Of a stretch of DNA of 64,000 bases, positions 1 to 11,960 are shown piece after piece (positions within the stretch are counted from its first letter, which is position 1; each line of letters opens with the position of its first letter). The translations under genes were made by a program, and so were the position numbers. The notes under the pieces were generated by a model, which searched no databases, was not told the DNA's origin, and saw only the letters and a list, made by a program, of their open reading frames with translations. The DNA comes from Octopus sinensis (lineage: Eukaryota): assembly GCF_006345805.1 (NCBI RefSeq), contig NC_043000.1:47492001-47556000 (forward strand), given 5' to 3'.

Positions 1-479
1 ACTTGCCCACCTTCACTGAAGAATTCATCACAGAAGATTCCTGATTTACCAAGCGTAGGAAAACACATGAATGATATGGAGAGTTTGCGTAATTAGAGCT
101 GTTGGAGTGCCCTCGGCAAAATAACTGAAGATTTCTCAACTATAAGTTCGTAATTGGGTTTCATTTATGAACTGAATGGTTGGTTATTTAATACTAGAAA
201 CAATTATAAATTGAATTGTGTTTCACTTACCATGTGTTTTATTTATTCACACCACTTTTGATCCTGCCCGACTGAATCTCCTTCTCTCTCGGGCTCTCAT
301 CTCCTTACCGAACTATTTCTTGGACTACTGCCACCTTTCAAAAACCACTTTACCACCACTCCACCTTCGATTACCACTGGAATTTCATACTTCTCGGATT
401 CTACCTTCAATGGATCTTACCGTACGCTGTTGTTTTATTTATTCTCTTTTAACTATTGTGTATAACTATTAATATGCTT

Positions 480-883
480 TTCCACGAATTTAAAATTTTC
501 CCTCACGTTTATTATCCTAAATCTTTCACTACTTCGCTATAGTAGGATAAACCTGTTTGTCCTATGCCACACGTTTTATATATTCTCTAGGTCCACTATC
601 GTATGTACTGTATCAATGAATTGTAAACAATTGCTCTCAATGGACCAATAAAAATAGTTCTTATTGTATTACGTTCTTTGATGTTATCCTTAATGTCTAG
701 GGCCCTTATGGCCAACAAAAGAAATCACTATTATTTTCTTACTGATGTATACCATATATACCTCTCTTCTTTGTTAATATTGGATACCATGTATACTGAT
801 TCCATTCTACATAAATCCCCACACTTTATGCCTGTCTTTGTATTGTCCCCCTCGTTCATGGTCCTGATGGCAAATAAATGAAA
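480..883 (+). mobile_element. Stacked 3' ends of truncated LINE-like elements, followed by a triplet microsatellite
   Basis: Three similar GG(N)CC..AATAAA/AACAAA-like ends at ~640-655, ~700-728 and ~859-885. They resemble the 3' end of the Tx1-like relic at 59458-59490. Confidence 0.4.
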
Positions 884-988
884 TCATCATCATCATCATC
901 ATCATCATTGTTATTATTATCCTTATCATTATCATTCTTCTTCTTCTTTTTCTTCTTTTTCTTCTTCTTCGTCTCATTATTATTATTA

Positions 989-1039
<51 letters not shown>

Positions 1040-1099
1040 CATTATTATTATTATTATTATTGTTATTATTATTATTATCATTATTATTATTATTATTAT
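884..1099. repeat. Compound (ATC)n/(TTC)n/(TTA)n microsatellite
   Basis: Directly visible; explains the poly-S/F/Y ORF 878..1129. Confidence 0.95.
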
Positions 1100-1722
1100 T
1101 GGTGTTGTAGCACAGTGCCTAATTTATAGCCATATATATTTTTTTTATCAAAATCTTAGCTGAGCCAGCTTTATATATAATCCTGTTGGGGGTGATAAAA
1201 TAACAATTACCTACATTAAAAAAGAGACAGAATCTAATAATTCCGACATTTCTGTCTTCAAAAGAAGAGAATCTATGTGCCATTGAAAAGAATTCTTATG
1301 TAAAGAAGATTGCAATAGTGCATGGTACAATATTGTAATTCATATTTGATTGCTATAGAAACACTCTTTAATATACTTATATGCAGCTATATATGTATGT
1401 GAGAGAGAGAGAGAGAAAGAGAGAGGAAACTGAGATTCTTAATACATTTAGATTGAGGACGCTGCATCTCTTCTTTCATCTTCCTTTCTTTCTCTCTCTC
1501 TCTCTCTCATCCTCTTTATGTGAGTGCACACAAACACACATACAGACAGACAGACACAGACACAGAACGCGCGCGCAAACACACACACACACATATATCT
1601 GCATGTGTTTCTGGACTGTCTGAGGAAGTGACCGGTCTTCATTATGAATAGGTGCACTTACATGATGCCCGGATGGATTACAACACCAGTGTGACACCGT
1701 TTATTACTGAAAACTGAAACAT

Positions 1723-1894
1723 AGGTGTAGGAGTGGCTGTGTGGTAAGTAGCTTGCTTACCAACCGCATGGTTCCGGGTTCAGTCCCACTGCGTAGCACC
1801 TTGGGCAGGTGTCTTCTACTATAGCCTCGGGTCGACCAAAGCCTTGTGAGTGGATTTGGTAGACGGAAACTGAAAGAAGACCGTCGTATATATG

Positions 1895-1948
<54 letters not shown>

Positions 1949-2140
1949 TGTTTGTCGCTCCAGCATCGCTTGACAACCGATGCTGGTGTGTTTAGCTCCA
2001 CGTAAACCAGCGGTTCGACAAAAGAGACCGATAGAATGAGCACTAGGCTTACAAAGAATAAGTCCTGGGGTCGATTTGCTCGACTAAAGGCGGTGCCCCA
2101 GCATGGTCAGAGTCAAATGACTGAAACAAGTAAAAGAGAG
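1723..2140 (+). mobile_element. tRNA-derived SINE, family A (internal TA/TG microsatellite), full length
   Basis: A-box-like TGGCTGTGTGG and B-box-like GGTTCAGTCCC; more than 10 homologous copies in the window; ends GACTGAAACAAGTAAAAG. Confidence 0.85.
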
Positions 2141-2442
2141 AGCATACGTAACAGCTGTAACAAAGAATACCTAGCTCAAACACATATCCTTTTCTCCCAT
2201 TATTGTTGTGCTTTTTATGTATACATATATGTGTACGTGTGCACCTGTGTGTGTGTGTATTCGTCTATCCTTTTACTTGTTTCAATAATTTGACTGTGAC
2301 CATGCTGGAGCATACACGGCCTTGCAGGGTTTTAGTCGAACAAATTGACCCCAAGACTTATTTTTTAAATCTCTTTTGCCTAACCACTAAGTTACAGGAA
2401 TGATTTGGGACAAGGACACGCGCGCACACACACACACACACG

Positions 2443-2480
<38 letters not shown>

Positions 2481-2625
2481 ATAATATAAGAGAGTGGTCA
2501 CTATATGGCTCACTCTAGCACCAATTAATCCAAAAGGTTTCACCACAAAAATACATGTTTCCCATGAAAGTCAGTACGATTGCTAGCTCACACGGACAGG
2601 GCAAATAAAAAATAACAAAAATACA

Positions 2626-2716
2626 GATTATTTTGGGACAATTGTTTCGCTATTAATGAATTAAATGTAATTCAACTTACAACAAAATCCACTTGTAGCT
2701 CGTCAGCCAAAATATC
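2626..2716 (-). ncRNA. Type I hammerhead ribozyme (element A, inverted copy)
   Basis: Minus strand reads GATATTTTGG-CTGACGA-GCTA...TAGC-GAAA-CAATTG-TC-CCAAAATAATC. Confidence 0.8.
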
Positions 2717-3359
2717 TGATGAAATCCACTCAATCACACGCCAGATTTACCATAACGATAAATACGCGTGTGGTTCAATTGATTACATCCGACGTTATAA
2801 TTCAAATGCCCCAACTAACAGCGCGCCAAACTTTCACGGAAAACAAATACAGCATTTAGAAATAAATGCAGCATAATTATAATTAATTAATAGGGTGAGA
2901 GAATTAGATACTATTTAATAGATATCTATTCAACACCAAGTGGCCTAGTGCTCCGAGAAACCTGGATTATTATAATATTTTATAATATATTATAATATTT
3001 TTACAAAATAAATATAAGAGAGTGGTCACTATATGCTCACTCTAGCACCAATTAATCCAAAAGGTTTCGACCACAAAAAAACATGTTCCCATGAAAGTCA
3101 GTACGATTGCTAGCTCACACGGACAGGCAAATAAAAAATAAAAAAATACAGATTATTTTGGGACAATTGTTTCGCTATAATGAATTAATGTAATTTTACT
3201 TATGCTGCATTTATTTCTAAATGCTGTATTTGTTTTCCGTGAAAGTTTGGCGCGCTGTTAGTTGGGGCATTTGAATTATAACGTCGGATGTATCAATGAA
3301 CCACACGCGTATTTATCGTTATGGTAAAATCTGGCGTGTGATTGAGTGGATTTCATCCA

Positions 3360-3450
3360 GATAGTTTTGGCTGACGAGCTACAAGTGGATTTTTTGTAAG
3401 TAAAATTACATTTAATTCATTAATAGCGAAACAATTGTCCCAAAATAATC
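3360..3450 (+). ncRNA. Type I hammerhead ribozyme (element A)
   Basis: Stem I TTTTGG/CCAAAA; core CTGACGA at 3371; stem II GCTA/TAGC with a long insert; GAAA at 3428; palindromic stem III CAATTG; predicted GUC cleavage after 3439. Confidence 0.8.
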
Positions 3451-3714
3451 TGTATTTTTGTATTTTTTATTTGCCTGTCCGTGTGATAGCAATGTACTGA
3501 CTTCATGGGAAACATGTATTTTTGTGGTCGAAACCTTTTGGATTAATTGTGTGCTAGAGTGAGCCATATAGTGACCACTCTCTTATATTTATTTTGTAAA
3601 AATATTTAATATATTATAAATATTATAATAATCCAGGTTTCTCGGAGCACTAGGCCACTTGGTGTTGAATAGATATACTATTAAATTAGTATCTAATTCT
3701 CTCACCCTTATTAA

Positions 3715-3775
<61 letters not shown>

Positions 3776-3934
3776 CCGACAGGCTTCTTTCAGTTTCCGT
3801 CTACCAAATCCACTTTGGTCAGTCCGATGCTATAGTAGAAGACACCTGCCCAACGTGCTACGCAGGGGACTGAACCTGGAAACATGTGACTGGAAGCCAA
3901 GTTTTTTATCACACAACCATACCTGCGCATATAT

Positions 3935-3992
<58 letters not shown>

Positions 3993-3993
3993 C

Positions 3994-4045
<52 letters not shown>

Positions 4046-4440
4046 ATATATATACATATATATACACATATATACAGATAGATAGTTAAATAGATAGATA
4101 GATAGACAGACAGACAGACGGACGGACGGAGACAGGCAGCCAGACAAACATATTGATATATATTTATACGCATATATTTATACATATATGTAGGTATATG
4201 TGCATACATGCCAACACACACTTATACACACAATTATGTATAATTCTGTTGGGGAGCCGTAAAACTCGGAGCTCTAAAAGCGTCTAAATATTGAGCTAAA
4301 AAACCCTTAGAATAGAAAAAAAGGACGGTTTCCAATGGGACGTCACATGTATGTTTGCACACATACATACATGTGTATTAATATAAATATATACACATAT
4401 ATGAACATATATACATACATAAGAATATATATGTATATAC

Positions 4441-4492
<52 letters not shown>

Positions 4493-5045
4493 GTATGTAT
4501 GTATGTATGTATGTATGTATGCATGTATGTAAGTATGTATGTATAGTCGATTTTTCTAGGGAAAAGATGTTTAACCCTTCTCACAATGCTAGCCTTCTAT
4601 GTAAAACTTACCGGTAGTTTGTGTTCTGCCGTAAACGTTTACGGTATATGTGTCTTTTGTTATGTTACGAGAAATTGTAATGTTACTCCTGGATTTAGAT
4701 TAATGTTTCATGGTGTGCCTATTTTAACCTCTTCGAAATAGTTGCTTTTTATTTAAAAAAAAAAGCCGTAACTTCACCTTTTGCCGTTTCCTCACTCCCA
4801 TTGATTTCTATAGTAGTGGTGTTGGAATTAGTTATATTCATGTCAGTCTTTTTGACATATATGCTTTCTACCTCACCATCTTGACTCCTCCAAACCTTCC
4901 AGGAGCTTGTGAAATATCTATTAGTACATATTAATCTCTAATAGTACATATACACGCTTTTACACTAATCAGCTTTTACGATGCTCTCAGGCAAACACGG
5001 GGTATATAAATGACCAACTTCGTTTTCATCTCAATTCCAATCATA

Positions 5046-5347
5046 AAACAATAAACGTCGCCCTTTTGAAGCCTAGCCAGACTCATGGGCCCGGTTTCCC
5101 GGTTTCTGTGGCGTATGTGTTCCCCACAGCTGGACGGGATGCCAGTCTATCGCAGCATTACCCAAGAAAACGGAAGAGAGAATGAGAGAAAGTTGTGGCG
5201 AACGTGTACAACATGGATCGCCACCACCCTCTGCCGGAGCCTCGTGGAGCTTTTAGGTGTTTTCGATCAATAAACACACACAACGCCCGGTCTGGGAATC
5301 GAAACCGCGAGTCCGCTGCCCTAACCACTGGGCCATTGCGCCTCCAC
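5046..5347 (-). mobile_element. tRNA-derived SINE, family C head with an alternative tail
   Basis: Head GGAGGCGCAATGGCCCAGTGGTTAGG..GGTTTCGATTCCC; 14-bp TSD CAATTCCAATCATA at 5032-5045 and 5348-5361. Confidence 0.85.
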
Positions 5348-5808
5348 CAATTCCAATCATAGTCCTACATTATCCATAACTCATAAGTGCGTCCGCAATT
5401 AAATATTTTGTGCGACTGGCAGATTGGTAGACCACAATCCATATTATTATATAGCGACTAACTTCTTCTAATTGCTTGTGTCGTCTCAGCTTTTGAATTG
5501 TATGGGTCCGGGTTTTTTCTTTAATAAGTTTAGGTTTCTTGGCTTCCATCTGTTTATATTGGATAAGAAATTAATTTATCATCTCAAGGAAAATATGTGT
5601 TCAGCTTAATCTGTTCTACGCACAAAAAAAAAAGAATATAAAGTGAGCTGCGGAAATAAGGAGAAACAGATAGGAAAATACCCATTCAATTTAATCAAAC
5701 GTACTTTGAAGAAATATTAATATGAAGAAATACATGTATGCCTATAATATATTAGTGTGCGTGCACGTGTGTATGTATATATAGATATATATATATATAT
5801 ATATATAT

Positions 5809-6444
5809 AGCAATTAAGGACAACTACTTAAAAAGGAAAACTTAACAAGAAATTGTCAGGTAGATAGCGTGAAAACCTCATAAGAGAATAAATTTCGAAA
5901 ATAATTATTTCTTATTGAACATATTAATTTATATATAGAGGGCATTATACATACATGCCAGAGAGCATTATACATACATGCCACACGCTAAGAGGGACAA
6001 TTAGTCATTTCTACCAAAAAATATTACTAATTCCACCGAAACCTTATGAGGTTTTCACGCTATCTACCTGACAATTTCTTGTTAAGTTTTCCTTATTAAG
6101 TAGTTGTCCTTAATTGCTAAATTTTTATTCCGAAAAATCTTTTCCTCTCCCGAAATGCAATTCGTAAAAGTATGCCATTTACAGGATGTAATATATGTAA
6201 ACTCACCCATGTGCTTCGTTGATGTTGATCAGTTAGCTGATCGGCTTAAGCGGGACAGGGTCGTTTATTTATGATACATTCAGGCCTGCTGATGAATACG
6301 TAAGTATGAAATCACTGTGATACAGGTCTATATTTTTTAAATGTCTTATTTTGAAAAATTGCATTCGGTGGGATTAGTAATATTTTTTGGTAGAAATGAC
6401 TAATTGTCCCTCTTAGCGTGTGGCATGTATGTATAATGCTCTCT
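5809..6444. mobile_element. Retrozyme-like element B, left part
   Basis: Inverted piece 5809-6040 followed by a sense segment 6043-6444. Nearly identical to the 477-bp unit at 11361-12112; (TA)n on the left. Confidence 0.8.
6282..6329 (+). ncRNA. Minimal type I hammerhead ribozyme (element B, copy 1)
   Basis: AGGCCTG-CTGATGA-ATAC(GTAA)GTAT-GAAA-TCAC(T)GTGA-TA-CAGGTCT; predicted cleavage after 6322. Confidence 0.88.
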
Positions 6445-6700
6445 TACTTCTTTATTACGATTATACAATCGTTACATAGAAGGACAAATACAGGACATAC
6501 ATGCAAAAAACAGTTAAGAGGTTCGATTAAAAATTTTCCATAACATTTGGATTATTCATTATAAAAATTCGTCTATAAATTGTCCTTTACGTGACCAATA
6601 GAATATTATAACATTTCATAAACTTTCGATCTTACCGAAGTTTTAAACCCCGGCAATTTATAAGGCCCCGCAGCTTTTTTTTCCTCTCCTCCCTCCATAG

Positions 6701-9700
6701 TTAAGCTGGGTTTCTGACACCCACCTTTTTTTCCACTTCCTTCCATCTTTTCTCATACACACCCCGTGGTAAGATCCTCTTTTCCAGCCCCATTTTGCTC
6801 TTCAGATGATATCTGAAGTAAGTGAGCAAGCCGGGGCCCGAGACAAAGGATCCTATCGCGACTCCTTCCATTCTTGTTCGCCACATGCATTCTTTTACTA
6901 CTGCAACCGTGCAGTGAAAACATGCCTCACCTTCCTTCGAGAGTCCAGTTGGCGGTATCATCTTAATCATAGACTCAGCCGACAGCTGTACTCGTCCCAG
7001 ATGCGATAACACGTGTTCTGCGTAACTTATCAAGTCGGACAACTTCCGACAGTGTACAAAAGCGTGCTGGACGGTTTCATCGTCCAACTCGCACCTTGGA
7101 CACGTCGGTGGCACTGAAATTCCGTGCCGCGATAACTTCTCGCGAACAGGTAAAGCATTCCTATAGCACTGCCAGGCCAGGGATCTTTGGAAATTATCCA
7201 AGTACCCCGTCCTGAAAGTCTTTTTAAACAGGTTGGTAAGCTGGTCTTCGTCAACCCCAGAGCCCCTCCTAGGACGTCGTCGTTCTTTGCCTCTACCAGC
7301 CTTCTATAAAATACCGAGGTGGTATTTCCGCAGCCGGCCTTGCCCGCCTTGTGGATCAGCGTGAGTGCCTGTCGGCACTCCTTTTGCCATAAAGTCAGTT
7401 TCCATCTTTTGATGCGACCGGGTTTAAAATTCACTAAGGAGGCCGGTCTCGAGAAAAATTCCCCTGCCAGCGGACTCCACACCTTATCACCCTCCAGGTG
7501 GTGCCAGAGATGCTTCAGCCTCAACGCATGTCTGCGCATCATCAACCAAGGCATTCCTAACCCACCCTTTAACGGTTCCTGGCAGCAAACGGAGCGCCTC
7601 ACAAGTGGCTTTTCCTCCCTTCCACAAAAAGCGGAAAAGGATTCGCTCCAACTTGCTAAGCCATGAATCGGGGCAAGGGACAACGGTCAGGCGGTAAGTG
7701 ATTACAGATGCAATGAACATCTGTACCACCTCCACCCTTCCTTTCAAGGACAGAAACCTTCCGGACCAGGTCCGTACTATGGCCTCCACCTTGCTCGTCA
7801 CCTCACTCACTCCAGTTCCTCTCCGTTTGGGAGTCTGGCCCAAACCAACTCCTAGCAACTTAACAGGGCCATCCGTCCAGTGTCCCACGACACTGGACGA
7901 TATCGACTTGCTCCTCCAGGTGCCGAGGCGCAAGCCACCGACTTGTCCTTGTTAACCTTTGCTCCTGCCACCGCCTCGTATCCTCTGATAGCCTCTTCCA
8001 CACAAGGTAGCTGGGCCTCATTGGACACGATGAGGGTGACGTCATCCGCATAAGCAGTAACCGTCCTCCCACCTCCGATCTCATCCGAGTTACTTCCCAG
8101 CCTCTCCAACTTTCGCAGCAATGGCTCAAGAGCCAACACGTACAAAAGTGGTGACAAGGGGCACCCTTGACGAACTGAACATTCGATCGAAAACGGTTCC
8201 GTTAGGTAACCGTTTATCTGGACGGTGGACTTGATGCCGCTATACATAGCGGAGATCCACCCGCGAAATTCAGGGCCCAGTCCAGCCGCTTCGAGGACCG
8301 TCGCCAGGTACTCATGGTCTACCCTATCGAACGCTTTACTTTGGTCTAAATGGACCATTACCCCGCCCTTGCCGGTTAATTTACCCACCCTATCTAAGGT
8401 GTAGCGTATAAGGTGAAGATTGTCCTGGATCGACCTGCCTGGAATTGCACATGTCTGTGCTCTCCCTACAAGTTTCTCCACGACAACCGTCAACCTTTTT
8501 GCCAACACCTTGGCCAAAATCTTTAACTCTACATTAAGTAGAGTTATGGGCCTGTAGTTACTAATGTTATCCCCCTTGCTCGGGTCTTTCTGGATTAGCG
8601 TCACCACTCCCCGGCTTACAGAACTGGGAATTCTCCCATTCTGCTGCCAGTTCGTGTAGACGCCTGCCAATATTCCCCCGAACAAGTCCGGCATACTTTG
8701 GTAAAACTCGTAGGGCAGACCATCCAACCCCGGCGACTTCTCCCCGGCGCATCCGGCCAGCATCTCCTCTATCTCCGCGGGAGTGATCGCTTCTTCACAG
8801 CACTCCACCTCACGCCCCGAGAGCCGCGGTCCGCCGGCCAGGAAGTCCTTTAAGGTCCTCCCCCGCTCCGGCGCCACACCACCCCCGAACACGCGGGCGA
8901 AATGCTGGTGAAGAAACTTTTGCATCTCCTCCTGTCCATAGATCTTTTGTCCCTGTTCGTCAGTTAAAGACTTGATTGAGGCTTTGTTACCTCCTGACTC
9001 TCTCTCTCACTCGACGGGCCCATCCGGCAACGTTAATACCTTCTCGTTTCCCAGCGCGTAGCTTAGCTCTGACTCTGCAACCTTCGTGTTTGGAGTTAAG
9101 GTGACGGTACAATACCGTCCTTGCCGCCATCACTCCGGATGCAGAGCCAGCTTCCATTGCCTCGTTTAGATTCTTAACTAAATCGTCCTCTATCCTAGAC
9201 CTATCTAACCTTAGCTGATTGCTAAATCTAATGGACTCTGAACGAATGGCTCTTTTGAGGGAGTGCCACCATCTATTGTTAATGATGGTGCCACACAATG
9301 CCCTCTGTACTAACACCTTAATCCGGGTACGGAAGTCTTCACAATTCAAAATAGCCTTGTTCAGCTTCCAGTACCCGGGTCCCTGTCTATGACACTTGTC
9401 TAATTGCATCCTACACGTCACAAATTTGTGATCCGTGTAAGGCACAATGTGAAACTGTGGACAACTAAACGTATCCTTATCTCTTTTCTTAATAAATATC
9501 CTATCTAAATACGATCTGTGTGAGCCGTCGTTGTTACTCCACGTCCACTGTGGAACGCTCAGCTCATCCAGTCGGTAACGGTCCACTAGATCAAAGCTCT
9601 CTAGTAGACCCTTGAGGCTAGGGTTCCCCTTCCTATTGGTTGAGCCAACACTGTCGACCCGCGCTTCAAGGACAGTGTTAAAGTCCCCTACTAGGATTAC

Positions 9701-10095
9701 CGTTTTCGACGTCGCTAAAAAGGGCTCCAGGTTCCGAAAAAACCCGTCTGTCTACTCTCGTTCGGAGCGTAGACAGCTACCAACCTGAAGGACTGTTTAC
9801 TTACGTGGGTCACATCCAGAACAACCAGCCTGCCTTCTGGGTCCAGAAAGACAGTACTTACCTGCAAGTCCAAGCTCTTCCTGATAAGGACTGCCACGCC
9901 TCTGCCTCTTCCTCGGCTAGGAGAAATAAATTTCTCGAACCCATTTAGAAGAGGCGAGAACGCTTGGGCCTCGTTCATCTTGGACTCGGTTGCAATAGCT
10001 ATGTCTACTCCATGTGTCGTGAGGTCGTCCAGGAAGCAAATTTGTTTCCATTCCGACCCCATTCCACGTACATTCACACAACCCAGCTTAGCCAT
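6701..10095 (-). pseudogene. LINE ORF2 (APE endonuclease, reverse transcriptase, C-terminal zinc finger), split by several frameshifts
   Basis: Endonuclease motifs VNVRG, SYLDRIF, TDHK. RT motifs KSPGLDGLP, NYRPITLLN, LDQSKAFDRV, RQGCPLSP, YADD. C-terminal CPRC..H..HC. Spread over ORFs 9715..10095, 8987..9586, 7852..8925, 7487..7933, 7030..7683 and 6701..7201. Confidence 0.92.
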
Positions 10096-10122
10096 TGTCG
10101 GTGAGAGAAAAAATAAATGAAC

Positions 10123-11364
10123 TTACGGTTGAGAAAGGGAGCATGACAGTTTAAATCTGCCCGCCTCCCCTTCTTCCTCCCTTGTGGTCGTAGCTGCAGG
10201 GCTCTTAACCGGCGTTGCCACCGGGCTCTGGGTAGGTGTGGTTGCCGGGGTTATAACAAGTTTACCCTCCAGTACTTCTTTTGTTACATCTCTAATCAGT
10301 CTATTCTTTAGATGTTCCTGCAGTACTTCCTCCTTCCACCCGTCTTCCCCCACTTTTGCGAAGCGAGTGGTTGCTTTTATGTCTGTAGCCTTGCTAAATA
10401 GTTTAAATTTTGAAAATTTATAGTATTTATATACCCTTTCGTTTGTTTCATCAAAAGCAATGATCTTATCATTTTTTTTTAAAGACTTTTTCACATCTTG
10501 TTTTATGGGGAGGGGCTTGGCGAACTGTTTCCCAATGAATACAGTGCCATGGGGGTAGGGCTGGGGAATTTGCTTTGTGTGTATGTCTGCGGTGCTTGCT
10601 GATTTTTTCCTTGTTTGGGGAGGGGAGTCCAGGGTTTTGTCTTTTTTTCTTTTGTGTGTCACCTGTGTGTAATCCATTTGTTCGGTACAATCCGTTTCTG
10701 TTTCTTTGCTTGTCGTCGTCTTGTTTTCTTTTTCCGCCTTCTCCCCTTCAGTGTTAGAAGCACTTTGAGGAGGGGCTTCATTGGTTTTCTTTTTTTTTAA
10801 GCAGTTCGAGCGGACGTGACCCTTCTCGCCACATTTAAAACATCTAGGTCTGCGCCCCTCCACTGACACTCTCATGGACGTTCCATCTTCGTTAAATATC
10901 CTATCGGGCAGGTTCTCCAATATCTTGTTCTCTGCCTGAACGAGGAGTTCCAGCGTCTGTCCCTTCCAGCGTACCTCCTCTTTCCTTCTCATCTGCAGAA
11001 TCGAAATTTCCCGCTCTACATTGTGCAGGACCGCCGCTGCTACCCACATAATATCATACCCTCTCGGTATGTCCTCTACCAGCAGTTTAGCTGTTCTTTT
11101 TCCCATATACGAGGGTAGCAGCATGATATCATCATTTTTCAGGGTCAATGATGACACCTCTCTTGCTACCTCAGCCGAGTCAAAATGTGCTTCAACAGTA
11201 GCGCTGCGAGCACCTCGAACGACATGGCGAATTTTGTCCCACACCGCGGACAAGCACTTTTCGACAATTTCGTTTCTGACGTCCATAATTTTCTTTTCTT
11301 TGTAGCTATACACTTTGTATATAACTGTTTTTTCCTTTATTTCTTGTACCTTCGCTTGTACCAT
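10123..11364 (-). CDS. LINE ORF1, gag-like nucleic-acid-binding protein (413 aa)
   Basis: Uninterrupted ORF; CFKCGEKGHVRSNC zinc knuckle; basic low-complexity C-terminus; ends 28 bp before the ORF2 start. Confidence 0.88.
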   Translation of the reverse strand: MVQAKVQEIKEKTVIYKVYSYKEKKIMDVRNEIVEKCLSAVWDKIRHVVRGARSATVEAHFDSAEVAREVSSLTLKNDDIMLLPSYMGKRTAKLLVEDIPRGYDIMWVAAAVLHNVEREISILQMRRKEEVRWKGQTLELLVQAENKILENLPDRIFNEDGTSMRVSVEGRRPRCFKCGEKGHVRSNCLKKKKTNEAPPQSASNTEGEKAEKENKTTTSKETETDCTEQMDYTQVTHKRKKDKTLDSPPQTRKKSASTADIHTKQIPQPYPHGTVFIGKQFAKPLPIKQDVKKSLKKNDKIIAFDETNERVYKYYKFSKFKLFSKATDIKATTRFAKVGEDGWKEEVLQEHLKNRLIRDVTKEVLEGKLVITPATTPTQSPVATPVKSPAATTTREEEGEAGRFKLSCSLSQP

Positions 11365-11435
11365 GTGCTTCGTTGATGTTGATCAGTTAGCTGATCGGCT
11401 TAAGCGGGACAGGGTCGTTTATTTATGATACATTC

Positions 11436-11483
11436 AGGCCTGCTGATGAATACGTAAGTATGAAATCACTGTGATACAGGTCT
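11436..11483 (+). ncRNA. Minimal type I hammerhead ribozyme (element B, copy 2)
   Basis: Identical to 6282-6329. Confidence 0.88.
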
Positions 11484-11912
11484 ATATTTTTTAAATGTCT
11501 TATTTTGAAAAATTGCATTCGGTGGGATTAGTAATATTTTTTGGTAGAAATGACTAATTGTCCCTCTTAGCGTGTGGCATGTATGTATAATGCTCTCTGG
11601 CATGTATGTATAATGCCCTCTATATATAAATTAATATGTTCAATAAGAAATAATTATTTTCGAAATTTATTCTCTTATGAGGTTTTCACGCTATCTACCT
11701 GACAATTTCTTGTTAAGTTTTCCTTATTAAGTAGTTGTCCTTAATTGCTAAATTTTTATTCCGAAAAAACTTTTCCTCTCCCGAAATGCAATTCGTAAAA
11801 GTATGCCATTTACAGGATGTAATATATGTAAACTCACCCATGTGCTTCGTTGATGTTGATCAGTTAGCTGATCGGCTTAAGCGGGACAGGGTCGTTTATT
11901 TATGATACATTC

Positions 11913-11960
11913 AGGCCTGCTGATGAATACGTAAGTATGAAATCACTGTGATACAGGTCT
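11913..11960 (+). ncRNA. Minimal type I hammerhead ribozyme (element B, copy 3)
   Basis: Identical to 6282-6329. Confidence 0.88.

Larger units (their letters stand above)
2483..3722. mobile_element. Retrozyme / Penelope-type non-autonomous element A (unit ~528 bp)
   Basis: Direct repeat starts at 2483 and 3011. Segment 3200-3722 is one complete inverted monomer. (TA)n on both sides, no ORF, two full hammerheads. Confidence 0.8.
2270..3928 (-). mobile_element. Family A SINE split by insertion of the hammerhead element into its internal microsatellite
   Basis: 3' half at ~2270-2420 and 5' half at ~3777-3928 in the same orientation, joined through (CA)n(TA)n and the 2483-3722 insert. Confidence 0.7.
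6445..11364 (-). mobile_element. Tx1-like (L1 clade) non-LTR retrotransposon, near full length, no 5' UTR
   Basis: ORF1 with a CCHC knuckle, then an APE-RT-zinc finger ORF2. 3' UTR 6445-6700 with AATAAA at 6456-6451. Confidence 0.92.

Noticed and set aside
6207-11598. LTR retrotransposon interpretation of the direct repeats flanking the RT
   Set aside because: No TG..CA ends, PBS/PPT or integrase. The enzyme is APE-RT (non-LTR), and the repeats belong to a longer tandem unit.
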